64,000 bases of DNA from Tubulanus polymorphus (lineage: Eukaryota; Animalia; Nemertea). Within the stretch, counting starts at the first letter, position 1; every line of letters begins with the position of its first letter. Location of the stretch: contig NC_134030.1 of assembly GCF_964204645.1 (NCBI RefSeq), positions 5,374,778-5,438,777 on the forward strand, given 5' to 3'. This document shows, piece by piece, positions 1 to 13,808 of this stretch. Position numbers and translations under genes: made by a program. The notes beneath the pieces are model-generated. The model saw nothing but the letters and a program-made list of their open reading frames with translations. It was not told where the DNA came from and did no database searches.

Positions 1-2164
1 AGGGCCTTAGAACGTAACGCGAAAAGCTTCTTACAAATACTGGCCACATGTTGCATGGAATAATGTCAAAAACAGTGCAACAGAATGTTTGAACAATTCA
101 AGTAAAATCGATCTTAAGCAGAATTCGAAATACGTAGAACTAATCACAAAAGCGTTCGTTGCGATTCTAGTGTGTATTCAGGTTATAGTTGATGTACTCA
201 AAAAGTAATCATAGCACAGCTTGGACATGGGTGTTATTGCCATTGAAAATTCATTATTGAACGTCTTATTCTTATATGTCACATGAGTTAAGATAAATAA
301 ATCACCGAATCAGTCAATCAGGAATGCGTGTATTTCGTGTGTTTAGATATAATTCATACTATCAATACTATCAATAGATATAAAAAGAATATAATTCTGA
401 CTATTTCGAGTATGTACGGACGGATTTAGAAGGACTATGCTATAAACGCTCCTTTGATAGTTTTATGGGGCAATTAATATAGATTCACATAGATTTTATT
501 TCCGAAAGTTTCGAATCAGTAATGGCATAGATTGATTAGAAAACAGATGAATTAATTTCACGTTTAAAGCAAATAATTTACTAAAATTGTTAAAAGTGAT
601 TTCGAGCATGCTTCTGTGAATGAAAGTCATTTATTTTGTTTCTTTGTTTGATCGTTCATTACCGGTTGAAACAAGTGAATTCTAATTCCCAATACAATTT
701 TGCTCGGACTAGAGAAGAATGGTTTCAGCCTGTGTACAGGTGGTTAATGACGTTATGAGCTCTGCTTTTAATCAGCGAAAAAACGTAAGTCGTCGATCTT
801 TTATGAAATGAATAATAAATACATCATGACGTGCTCGCAGTTACGAGCGATTAAAGGTTTTTAATGTCGATTTAAGCCACTTTTTCAATAAATTTCATAA
901 TTCATTTGTCACAGCTCGTGGTCGGAATCTATTGAAACATTACTTGTAACTGTACCTATATTGGACATTTTCCAATACAATTTTGGCAAGTTTTGACCTC
1001 GAAATAGGGAAATGTACGCTTTTAGTTTGCAGATGTGAATTGATCTTGCGCTCGTGTTGGTGTGTCCCTTACGAGTCTACCACACACCTGTCGGGACCGA
1101 AAATGGGGGTTTGATTTTGAAATCGGAAATCGAAGTAAAGATACAGTTGTGGTCGGCGGGAATCGGTATAAATTGGTTAATTTTTGCTTGATACAATGTA
1201 ACGGATCAAAGGAATTCAAAATCTATTTTTTACAAAACGGCAACCGCAATTCAAAGACTTGTCGGTATAGCGTGGTCGTGACAACTTATAGGATCATTCT
1301 TTATAAATACAACCAAATATCATAACTAGGACTCTTTAGATGCGCTATACAAAATACATTTTATGGATAACGCAAAAAATGGCGGCATGGGGACAAAGTG
1401 CGCGGAACAATACACGAATGTGAATCGCCTAGTTTCATGAATATGCATGCCTATAGTATTCGAAAGACGAATCGGCTTCGAGTGAATGCATTTCAGATAT
1501 TTCTAAAATGATTTCGCTGTGTTGCTTTTAGATTTTTTCGATTTGATTTTCTAATTGATCACCCTTTTCCACTCAGCATGCGATTGAGTGCTTTCACAAA
1601 TGATGCAATATCCTTTAATGAGTGATTCTTGAGTACACTCTGGAGAATTTCCGTCGAAATCGTGGAAATTACCTAATCTTAAGGACATTCTTATTAATTC
1701 TTAGAATTTCCATCGCTCAAATATCTATTGCTGCATGAGACAAACTCACTAAGGATCCTCAGAACGTTTGAACATATTCAAACCGTGCCATGAACATTTT
1801 CAGGAAATAAACCAGTTCTTTTGGCAATACTTTTGTTTCATAATGAGCAACCTGGGTAACTTTTTTCTTGTTTGTGAAGCAAAAGATTAGTGAATTTAGT
1901 CGACCATGGATGCACTAAAATGAATTGAAAATGTACGCACGGCACTAGGTTCTTACCATACCATAAGAAACTTTTTTTTTCACGAATTTACTTCTCCTTT
2001 TTCAAAGAAATCAGTTTAGTATGGTAAGCCTTGAGTCGAACGTGAATATCAAACTGTAAAGAAATCATGTGTTCATGACTTTCAGATGTTTTGGCTTCAA
2101 ATCGAGTCTAAAAAGGCGCATTTCTTATCTTGACATATCCGCGAACGATCATTGCTTCAATATT

Positions 2165-2775
2165 TACAAACCATTCTCGTCGGTAGTCTGAATTTAGATG
2201 TGTTTTGTAAAATATCGTTATATTTTTCGGTAGCTAAACCTTGGGAATAAAAAACTTTCCGTAGTACGGATTTGTATCATAAGTATTATTTTTATACAAT
2301 TCTCTTGGATCACAAACCATTCTCGTCGGTAGTCTGAATTTAGATATGTTTTGTAGAATATCGATATATTTTTTTGGTAGAAATTGCTGAACATTGGGGA
2401 TAAAAACTTTCTTTAGTACGGATTTGTATCACATTATTATTCTTATACAATTCTCTTAAAAATTCACAAACCAATCTGGTCGGAAGTCTACATTTTAACA
2501 TTTTTTGCGAACTGTTTCGATAGCTTTTTCGGTAAAAATTACTGAAATTGGTGGATAAAAAACTTTCTTTCGTACGGATGTGTATCACTTACAAGTGTTA
2601 TTTTTAGACGATTCTATTGAATATCTACAAATCAATCTCATCTGAGTTAACATTTCAATATGTTTTGCGAAATATACAGATTTTTCGGTAAAAACTCCCG
2701 AAATTCGACAGTTAAAAACTTTCTTTGTTACGGATTGTATCACTTACAATTGTTACTAATATTCATCTCTCTTAA
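2165..2775. repeat. Diverged tandem repeat, four units of about 146-161 bp
   Basis: Units begin near 2165, 2311, 2465 and 2626 (ACAAACCATTCTCGTCGGTAGTCTGAATTTAGAT...AAAAACTTTC...TACGGAT..GTATCA). Confidence 0.9.
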
Positions 2776-5700
2776 TTATTTATTTATGAGCTTCCAAGTT
2801 ATATTTTCTACCGTGATTTACATTAAATTTGTCGCTTTTTCGAGATCGAAATCTGCGCCGATTTAAACTATCAATGGCCATCAAAACTATATTTCGTTGC
2901 GCGATTTTTTGCCGAAGTTATCGAGGCGTAAAGCGTTTCAATTAAAATCACCTCTGACGGGTTAATTGAATGGTAAAAAATTAGCGAGTCGGAGAACCTC
3001 GCAATTGCGAATCGAGCGCAAAATCAACACTACTGCCATCTATCCATAGGCATAGCTACTAAACGCATGAAAACTTTTGTAAACTTTTCGGTTGCGTGGA
3101 AATGACGGATCCTGGCACATCCGGTATATAGAGTCGTCCTTAATCAATTCGATGACAATTTTGAATGCATGTTATCTATTCTTATTCCACTCTTGATATA
3201 CATGAATTCATTTCCTATTTTCAATTCCACAAAAATAGCACAATTTTTTAGGATATAAAGTTTCGCTAACATTATTGAAATTTTTAACTGAAACTAATTA
3301 AAGGGGGAGTTAACTATTTAACTTAAACTAATTAAATTAGATTTCAAAGTAATATATATTTCTTAAAAGATTACGGATTCACAACCTTAAGTTTACTCGA
3401 AAGAAAGATTATTCTTTCTGTCAGAATGACGTCGTACAGCCGGATTCTTTATCTAAATGATGAAGTATATATTTAGTTTATTCATGTAGAAATCGTGATA
3501 ATCAATCTTGATAAATATTTTGCGGTAGCAATTTGTCACGCTTCATGATACGAAAAAGTGCACGCAATTATTTTTTGCAATACCTCCACCCCTTATATAA
3601 ATCAACTTATATAAATGCAGAGCTAGCTTAACTGCAAACAATGAAAATATTTGTGTCCCTATGAGAGCTCATTTCATAAATATATATTGAGTACGTGAAA
3701 ACTGCATGAAGGATATGCCAATACGCATTATTGCTAGGCACTTTCCAATAGGAGACTAATTTAGGGTTTCGTGCAGGCTGTAGAGTTAGCGACTGAGCCG
3801 GATGAGGCGACCATCAGCAAATTGAAAACTCTCGCGCATGTCCACGAAAAAGAAAATGGGAGAAGCATTATGGGATTTGCAAACGAGACAGACGCAGGTG
3901 TGTTCGTAGATTTTACATCTAAATCATGATAGACAAAACTCCAGGGCAACATTTCATAAATATCGTGTCTATAGTGAATGCCGCTGATTACGGTGTTAAG
4001 GAAGGTCGTTCGATGTTAGTTTTATTTAGCCATCTCTATCGACAATTGCAACTTGTCTGCAAGGGATACTGCAAATGACGCCTTACGTCACCGTTAACTT
4101 AATGATATTACATAGAACGGGTCATTTTGTTCTAAGGGGGATTGCATCCGTCGCTTTTTATCTAGCCATCTATCGGCGACTAAACCTACAGCCAGCCGAG
4201 GACGACGTATATAATTACGCAACGGTAAACGTAGCTTTTCGCGTTGTCAAGATAGTTCTTTTATTCGACAAGTTACGCCTGCTAGGTGATAATCTTATTT
4301 CGTAAAGTAATTGAGCCGAGAGCCCATCAGCAGTAAATCAACGCGTCATTCGCGTCTCGTACTGCGTCGACCGGGCCATTATGTTCGACGTCGGATATTT
4401 TTGTTCGAAACTTGGTCACGACATTTCTTTTATCTCTCCGCCAGTTTATAATTCTCGTTTCCATGGCGATGACAAGCAGAAGAATCGCACGTAATAATCC
4501 GCAGGGAATAAAAGCACCGAGAAGAAAGTATCCAGTTTTTTTTTCACTTCTCCTCGCGCTAAATTGTAGCCACCCGAGACTCGGTCTTTGTATAACGACA
4601 ACGCTAGCGATGGCTTCAAAAATAGCATCAAAAAGAGAATTTCGCTCATTTTTTCCTATGATCGTAAATTAATCATACGCTTTGTCCTGCAGCAGAACGA
4701 ACGCGGAATAATCAGGACTTGATTTTCTTACAAGGCATGTAGTATCCGGCTCCAAACAAGCGAACCCAGTCAGTTGTGGCTTTTTGGGAACGTAAATCAA
4801 TGCAAGAATGAGTCTCAGATGAATGCGATCTTGCGTATAGAAAAATTTCCGCAAAAAGATATAAAGGGGTCTTACTCAATTTATGTATGAGCCAATGGGA
4901 CAGATCTCACAAAGAGCTAGATTTCAGCCATCATAATGCTTGAAAATGATTCTTTTTAGCCGGTCTAGAAAAAACAGTTAATGACCACCATTGCAAGAGA
5001 ACGTTTGAATTATCGTACACTTTTATGATTCTGTGGTATGTCTTTTTAGTGCTCTATATGTCAATGCATTTATGTTTAATGTCCTTGCTCTGATCACCAC
5101 TGCACATAAATGAGACCTTGGAAGATATTGAGAGTCGGTTTAGTTATGATAAACTACATTTTGTCCATCTTATAGTCTACAAGTCTATCTTAGTTCCGCA
5201 AGGATACCGACAAAATCAGATCTGTTGCATTAATTTAACACAATAAATATACAACATACCTAGTTATTTGTTTTAGAATAATCCCTATACATCATCTGGC
5301 TGTACAATTTCATTTAACTTAATCCTGAACGTTCCCAAAGTTATTTTTGCTCGAAAGGGTCCAAAGCTCCGCCGGATATTACCATTTATCAGTCTCAAAA
5401 TAAGACTATATTTTGCATTTGAAGCCGGCCGTATTTGCAATAAATCTGTTTAGTTATTGAAAACGTTATATTACGTTATATGCATTACTTGGGTTCCTGC
5501 ATTAATAAATTATCCTGTCTAATTTGTACTCGGTGGCCCGCGTTGCTGGCCTATTTTAGCGCGGTGAATGAAAATCAGGCTACGTGCCCTAAAACATTAG
5601 TTTATAACTAAGAACGAAAATAAGTAGATAGTTCGCTTTAAGAATCAGATGGAATTAGGTTTACAGAGAGAAACTAAGTCCTGGGCATTTCGTTTAGCCA

Positions 5701-8700
5701 AAATCATTGTGGTGCTAATGAATTCTAAGAATGCCATGGATAAAATGCCAAATTGTTGTTTTATGCCCTGTAGAAATGCAGAATTTCTTTGTTGTCGATA
5801 CCAGATAACCGCATTTCTAGTTTGGAAAAATTCTTTTAAACAATGTAATAATGCAGTAAGATAATTTGGACATAACAAAGAGCACTTAAGCTTTTGACTT
5901 CATGGCATGACATGGCATTTTGGATACTGAAATACATTTGTTACAGATGCATTTCAGAAATTCTGAATGAACTTTTGATTTTCCAGCAATCAGGACAAAT
6001 GACAATACAAATCTGTACATCGCTATTCAATTTCATTCTGTTACAAACGCTGACAAATGACAATTATCTCTGGATGAAAAATCAATACGCTTCTAATGGT
6101 ATATTATCACGAGTATTTGCCGTTTGATGGGCGAAATATAATTACAAATCACTAAAGCGAGAGTGCATTTGCGTTCATTTGAAAAAGAAAAAAAAAGATA
6201 TTTCCATTTCAATTCTCTGGAATCCATCAATTAGGCATCGCGTGATATGTTGCTGAAACTCGGTGCTGATGGGGTTCGACCAATTCACAGAATCACGGTT
6301 GTGTTCTGCGCGCTTTAAAGCGCAATCGGTTTTTACCGGGAATTAGGTTCTCTGTGCACGCAAAAATACGACCTATTCGTCATTATTATGACTTGGCACC
6401 CAATAAATTACCTGCAAGATATCGGGATACGGCAACGAATATTTACCGAATACCAAAAATTGCGATGCCGAATGCGCTCGCGTTGAGTGAAATCAGTACA
6501 ATCGCGTTGTAATATTAGTCGTTGACACTCGCAACGTTTCCGACGCATGAAACGAAGGCTACGATTGGTCGATTCGTCGGCGGGATCGATGCGCGCTAAT
6601 TTGCGTAAGTAGCGCCGAGTAATGATTGATCATTTTTTACAGGTTGTCAATTGCGTTGCCCCCTCTTTTGTTACCGTTATGGACCAAGGAAGCCGAAAGC
6701 CGATGAAAAGTACCAAAAAGTTGCGTAATTGGGAAAACATGTTTGCAACGGCGAACAAACATCCGCCACCGACGATGTGGACCGAGGTAAGCATGTTCTT
6801 TTCTTCTTTTCTAATTCAGACAAAAAATAAAAACCACGCGTTTTGGCATCAGATCGTGCCGGCATTTGATTGACGTGATTATTATCATTAATACTATTTT
6901 CTGTCTAAATCATGAATATCCTAATTATTCAGTTGAGTAATAGGTGCGCGAAAGCCGAGAACTTCAGGTGTTTGTACATGTAACTGACAACCTTAACTAT
7001 TTGACCTAGAAGCTACCGGTGCCAAAACGATATTTCAGTAATTCGACGTCATCGTTCAATTATCATTGAATAGGATTAATATGTTGTTACTGTCTCATAA
7101 ACCTAAAAACTCAGATACCCAGAAAAGGAATTTGAATGTTATTTATTTCAGTGCAAAAAGACCCTAACCCGCAACAAGTGCTTTGTAACGACTCACCTAA
7201 AGTATCAAATCCACACTCAAAGTAATTCAAAATTCCATAAATTCGCGAATCTAAAGGACGCATATTTGTAACCTGCGTCAGTACTGTGAAGTGTAGACCC
7301 GTATTTTTCAGTTACCCTCCGTCCTATACCCAAACACACAACGCATCCACACCGCCAGACTTTACAACGGTTTTAATAGTATCATTTTATTGCACGAACT
7401 AGGCTACTGTGAAGCCCGCTAAGACTAAAGTTATTAAGCAGCTGGCATTGCATTTTTTAGCATTCATCGGCGCCTTTGATGTTTCGTCCGATTATGTGGC
7501 AATAAAGCAATAAAACGTAGTTTATAAACAGAAATTCGACCTCTCCAACTGTATATGAACGGTGTTTGTCGAAACCGAGTTCTGTGTTCGGTTCGTTTCG
7601 CTGTAATATTTTGTTATATAGAAAATTTGGTAGAATATACATTTGGGCCTTGTGTCATAGGACTTGGAGTAATCAGAATGAAAGGCTGGGTATCCAAAGT
7701 TACTCCTAGGGGTAAATCCCCAACCTGGTTGACAACAGCCATAGTAATAATGAGAAACCATCAGTAATAACGGACACTAACGGATACATGTTACCGGGGA
7801 TTATTTTGCCCCAACATAAGTAAGTTTTGGACCAGTCTTGGTATTTTTGGTCGGGCCCAGGATCCATGGAGCCCAACAAACAAAGACTTTCCGTAGAAAA
7901 ATCCAATCTTAAGGTGATATTGTATGATATCACGTGTTTTGAGCTGACATTCTAAATCTTTAACATCCCATTTTACTGTGGGTTCAGACTCTGCCATTCG
8001 TGGACGGACTTGACCTATTGATCTAGATATTTTTTTCAAATTTTTTTCAATTCCAAATTGGACGGACGACTTTTAAATGATTTACGTAAGTTACTATTGT
8101 TGTGTAAAACGTTTTTCAACTGCGTAGACCATGGGCTAAAAGGAGCGCGCACCTTAAATTTCGAAAAGAACTATAGAATTATATAGGTTCCCCTCCCTCA
8201 ATTGCGACGAGGTGGGATGAACAGACACGACGGTTTTGTTTCGAGTGAAAAATTGGCACGGTCGTAAATTTTCGGCATTGTTTCATAAGAGTTCGGGACG
8301 CCACAAATTACACGAAAACCACGTATGCAAATGACAGAATGTGCAATTATATAAACCCGGCTTGATTCATGTGGCTGTGGCTACATCTTATTGGGATTTT
8401 TAACTTACTGACAAAGGGAAGACTGTGAAAAAATGTTTTGGGTCTTTCGAGACGTGTGTTTTCCGGCATATTTATGTTTATGGGTTGTTTCGTACGCTTC
8501 GTCTTGTTTCAGGGACTCGACACGATTTTTCTGTTTCTTGTGTCGTGTCGGATAATCTGCCTTACCGTTGCTTTAATTGAATACAAAGACCTATTTCAAA
8601 GTCCGGGTTAGAATTGCGGCTGAAAATGTAAAATAGATTTGAGTCAGAGTTGGCTATATAACTAACAAACCAAATTCAAGATACCATTTTCTGTCAAGTA

Positions 8701-11700
8701 ATATTTCAGGTGATCATTGAATGATTGAACAATCCAATATATTGTTTGTGGGAATTTTGCCAGGATACTTGAATATTTAAAAGTAATTACCTAGATTTGC
8801 TTCTGCTTTACGCATAGAATTTACTTGCAGATTGAAAACAACCTTGCACAAGAACATTCGTTCGAATATCTTATTTCTAAGCATTTTTTTCTAATCTATA
8901 GATTAAAGATCCAATTATCTTACCTCGTTGATATTTTCTTTCGACTCGGAATATTTGCGAACGAAAATATTGCGATCGACTCAGTTCCGGTGACTAAACA
9001 CAAAATCCTATCAACAGTTGAATACGAACTATGACATAACCTGGTTTCTGCTGTACGTTTCTTTTTTTCTGTTGAGGATAAAAGCAATCAACTAACCTGA
9101 ATAATAACAATTTTTAGCAAATGAAAATAAATATCATGTTTGATAAACCTTTCTTTTCTTATCAACGCGCATTTATTCAATTTGCCGTGTAATTTTTCAG
9201 TTCTTTCGACAACTTAAGCCTTTTATCATTTTGTCCTTTCGCCGCGTCACGAATGGACTTAGAAAAAAAGTTCATTTGTAAACGCATTAAATGAAACGAT
9301 GTTCAATAATTGTCGTATTGTGTATCTTGTAATAACTTAATCAAAAACTCGACCGGGAAATGACGAGCGTAATATGACAGCCACGTTCCTATTTATTTCC
9401 AGATTATGATGTATAACATTTTAATCCTGACAAATTATGCGACCTCTGCGGCTAATCTTGTCAGTCTATTCTGCCATTATTAAATGGCTTATGATACGGT
9501 TATAAATCAAGCAAGACGAAGAACAAAGAACGGTTGTTTGGATATTGATAACGATTTATCATTTAATTCGATTTCCACCGTAGTTTTCTTCCTCGGAATA
9601 TACTAATACGAATAAACCTGTAGAAGATAAAATCATATTCCCTTCAAAACTAAGCATAGCGAATACATAGTCATCTAAAACAACGCTAATTGTTGATAAC
9701 TAATTGCGGTTTTTTGAGCTGTTGGTTTCTCAAACGTCCGTCAGACGTCACCACCGTACAACGCACGGCATGGCCCCTATCCGCCGACGTTTTTATGGCG
9801 GTTTTTATGGCCGTCTGGTTCAGGTCACGAAGAAACAAGTCGGCTCTGATAAAGCCGACATCAAAAACGCCGACGTCGTTTGCGGCAAACCACAAAAAAT
9901 GTCGGCATTTCAGTATGCAAATTACTTGACACACATATATACAACGGTGTTGCCAGGGATTGTTCATAGAGGGCACTCATACGAAAATAACTATAGCATT
10001 CGTAAAAAGTTACTGGCTTTGATAAGATTTAGAAACTTAGAGGTAAATGTCGCAAAAAGCATGAAGTATTAGACCTATGAAGGTAAAATACCCGTATTAG
10101 TGGTTTGGAAGGTTTCGTCCAAATATTGTTTCCGGCCTTACTTCTTTCAAACGCATTCTTCTTTTATGCGCAACAGCTTTGGCTAAGTAAATACCTGTCA
10201 GAAAACTTGTTTGAATAGATTATCGTTTTATTCCTCTGATATTCGAAATACGAAGAGCCGGGCACCGATGAAAATTATATAGGGCCGAAAAATATATTTC
10301 TCTACGCGTTCGGGTGAATATTTTTTTTTTGACAACACGAATTGCCCGCATAAATTATGCCGCGGTAAAATACTGCTCCCATGGTAACGTAGGTCAGGGA
10401 TCATGTTGCACGATCGACACGGGAGCACCGTGGTATAAGACATTTACATAATATGACGTATAGGGAGATATAATTTACGAGACGTAGCTCATGTTTTTGC
10501 TTCTCGTTTAAAACGAATCTGTGATGAGAACCACACAGTTCGCTGTATCTAATCACGCCATTTTCTCTGATTTTCCCAGCGCCGCCGCTGCTGCTGCTGC
10601 GGGGTACAGCATTTTCTTTAATTCAAGGTGAGATTGAATTCGTCAAGTCAACGGAACATAGATCTAGAACACTCAGATATTGACATGATCGCGAAATAAA
10701 AGGTAGTTCTAATCCGTTTATGCAAAGTAATTATTTCTTCCAATATCCTTTCATCAATTTTAAAGGCGCAAAAAACTAAGATATTATTTTTGACGCTTTT
10801 ATTTTACCCGTGAAGAGATGGGATTTTATATTTTGCGCTGAAAATGCCATCCCAGCGTGGGCGCAACGAGCCGGGCGATGCGCATACGAACTCCGCTGTA
10901 TAGTGCCTGCCTACGCGATGATTGATTCTCTTAATTCCGAAAGATCCTTAAGACAATATCCCGGATTACTGCCGGTCACAGGTGCGCGAATCCGATTGAC
11001 GTAACTTCATGAAAATTAATGAACGGTATCGTTCGATAATCACGATTCATCTGGATTCGACGCGTTGAGACGTGGTCGACACAAACGAAGCGACGCTGCG
11101 GCCCCGATGTTATTTATCGCCGTTGATTCACCACCGGTGGAAAAACTGTCGAATTTATACCTTCGCGCGGCGGCGGCGAGGACCGAACGAGAACGTTCTC
11201 CGTTATTATTTACGGGCGAAAATGCTATTTCGAATATTGCGTACGGACACAGACAAATGATTCGGCGTAGCGAATTATGTATCATTATTCAGCGCGGATG
11301 CGAACGACATAATAAAAACAATCAGAAATTTCCTCGCGAGATGATTTATCAGATGCGTTTTTGTTTTCGTAAAATTACTTATAAGCCATTAAAGAACAGC
11401 TGTAAATTTCGATCTCGGCATTGTTGTTTTTACGGAAGGGCTATGATCGATTCTGCGCGAAAATGGGTAAACGCTCATTTTCGTTCGCGTTCGTGATTTT
11501 TTAGCCGAGGAATTCAAAATGACTTAACATTTTTATGCCGGCGTCGAATTGATGGCGACAACGGCAAATAAGATAATAATTAGATGTGTCAAAGTAATAA
11601 GAAATCGAATAGGCTTTTACAGTCTGGTGTAGCCGTAATAATCATTTCGCAGCGTGGCCCAAATTCCCGATGGCCATTTGCGGTACCCGGATCTCGCGCA

Positions 11701-13732
11701 AACTAATTCGACCCCGCGCAATCAATTGCTTCTCCGTACAACGCAAACGTTTGTACATTTGTAAAATCCACTTTCGTCCGATTCTTGCAGCAAGGGAGGG
11801 GGAATATCGAGAAGATTTATTCCCGTTATCTTCGGATTGATCGATCTAAGGGCTATAGTTAGGATTTAGAGGGTGCTTCATCAAGTTTGATTTACGGTCG
11901 TCGCCCGACACGCAAACGAAAGTTAGCACTGCGGGCGGCCGATGCGCTGTTCAACCGGATGGCAATATTTCACCAGCTTCATCAACTGTGTGTCACTTTG
12001 CTTGATTTTCCTGATTTGGAAGGGATTTCTCTGGAGGGATCGTGAGATGGGAACGGTTTATAGCGGTCATATATCAGGGGATGAGATGACTGGCGTCCGG
12101 TAAGGGGAGGAGGTCGCTTCGTCTGAAACTGTCAATTACGAAAACAGTTGGAAAGAATCGTTTCTTTTTTAAGTGGGACGCAAAAATACAGAAATCAGTC
12201 TTAAAACCGCTCGTAAAATTCGATGCTTCCTATCAGGTACGAAGTCCTATAATCATTAATGGTTTTATTCGTTTTCCATCTTTAACAAGTCCGAATACCG
12301 CAATAATTGAAGTGTCGTCGAAATGTTTAGAAGCGAGCGATGAAAAAAAGATCCGCTTTGAAATTTTTTGCAACAGCACAACTGACACATATACTCGATA
12401 GATAGTCTTCAGTTGTATGGAAACAGTTTGACCTGATTTTCGAAAATGTGACCTTGAAAATGTTGCCGTCACCGTAAAACAAATTATAGCGACAGACACA
12501 GCCACCATGTGTGATTAAATGTATGATGATCCCATTTTGAAAATGAGCAGAAAAAACTTTCGAGAATTATGAATTATTGACTGAGATTTATTGATATTGG
12601 AAAGGCTCATCGCTTCTTTTTTTCGTGCGATAAATATTGACTGTAAATATATGACTAGCCTGTACATTTTGAAAATGAAACGGACAAAAAGAGAAACTTA
12701 ATGTAATCTGCTAATTGTATGGACTGTAAGAGTTATAAATGTGGTTTATTCATGAATACAGGAAGTGCTCATTGTTTTTACCAATGGAATAAATATTTGC
12801 TGTACGTGCGGTTTTCTGAAGAGGAAGCCCCTATACAATAATCATTTAAATGATACTGGCTAGCCGCGAAATGATGCGACAGATGTTTTATGACTAAAAA
12901 CGCTGAAATTCTTCAATGAACATTTAGATTTTTAAGTCACCGAAAAAGAAAATATTTTTCATCTGACCTCGGGTCAAAGTATTTTCGGGCGCTATTAGTA
13001 CGATATCCCGTTGTGCGCGCGATACGGTACCGTTTGCATATCCTCGAAAAATGGGAAAATATTGCCAGTCAGCGCTGTTTAATGGGCAAATTGACTAATT
13101 TTATGACTGCAATAAAGTCTGCCGAAAATATCGGCAGTTCACGTGTTCACTTTGATGTGTGCCATCGACTGACAATTGCCTTTGTATTTTGGCGTAATTA
13201 AGCTTTCTAAAAAGGCCATTGGTAGGTTTAGGCGAGGTCACGTAAAAATCTCAATCGTTCCATTTCAATTCTAAAAAGAAATAAAAGAAAAAATTGAAGA
13301 CAGCGCGGCAATTCACGCTCATCTGAGATTCTTTATTTCTCCATTCAATAAAAATCGTTATCGTATTGGACATTAGTTGACGGTATTTTGTTTAAAAAAA
13401 AATCTAATCATCACGGGAATGAGCAGTCGAAAGCTTCTTTATCGAGATTATAAATTATAATGCGCAAGTAGGATTAATTATGGAGACGATGGATTATGTA
13501 TGAACGCGTTGCTCAGAAATAGAGAAAAAAGCCACGATTGTGTCGGCGACTGGCGTTCTATAACGGTTTGTGTTGTGAAACAAATAATTTGCCCGATAAA
13601 ATCTAATCAACGTATGACGCATTAACTCGTCGAAAACTTCGAATCGAATCCGCAAAACGCGGATGATGTCAGAAAAATCCCAGTTCGTCGGCTGCTTTTT
13701 CGATTTCCACCGACGAACGAAATGTCGGCCGC

Positions 13733-13808
13733 TCATTGGCCCCGCCCAGTCACGTGCTATCGAATCGGTCGTCTTGCATTTACGTCGCTACAATCCGACA
13801 CGGTAAGT
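13733..13808 (+). promoter_or_regulatory. Putative Antp promoter and short non-coding first exon
   Basis: ATTGG (13735-13739), GC box CCGCCC (13742-13747) and CACGTG (13751-13756), then a consensus donor ACG|GTAAGT at 13802/13803. It matches the module upstream of Lox5. A strong acceptor lies at 19537, upstream of the Antp ATG. Confidence 0.6.

Noticed and set aside
5765-5822. CCCTGTAGAAATGC...GCATTTCTAG stem resembling a miR-10 hairpin
   Set aside because: Only 9 contiguous bp, no intact seed and a poor upper stem.
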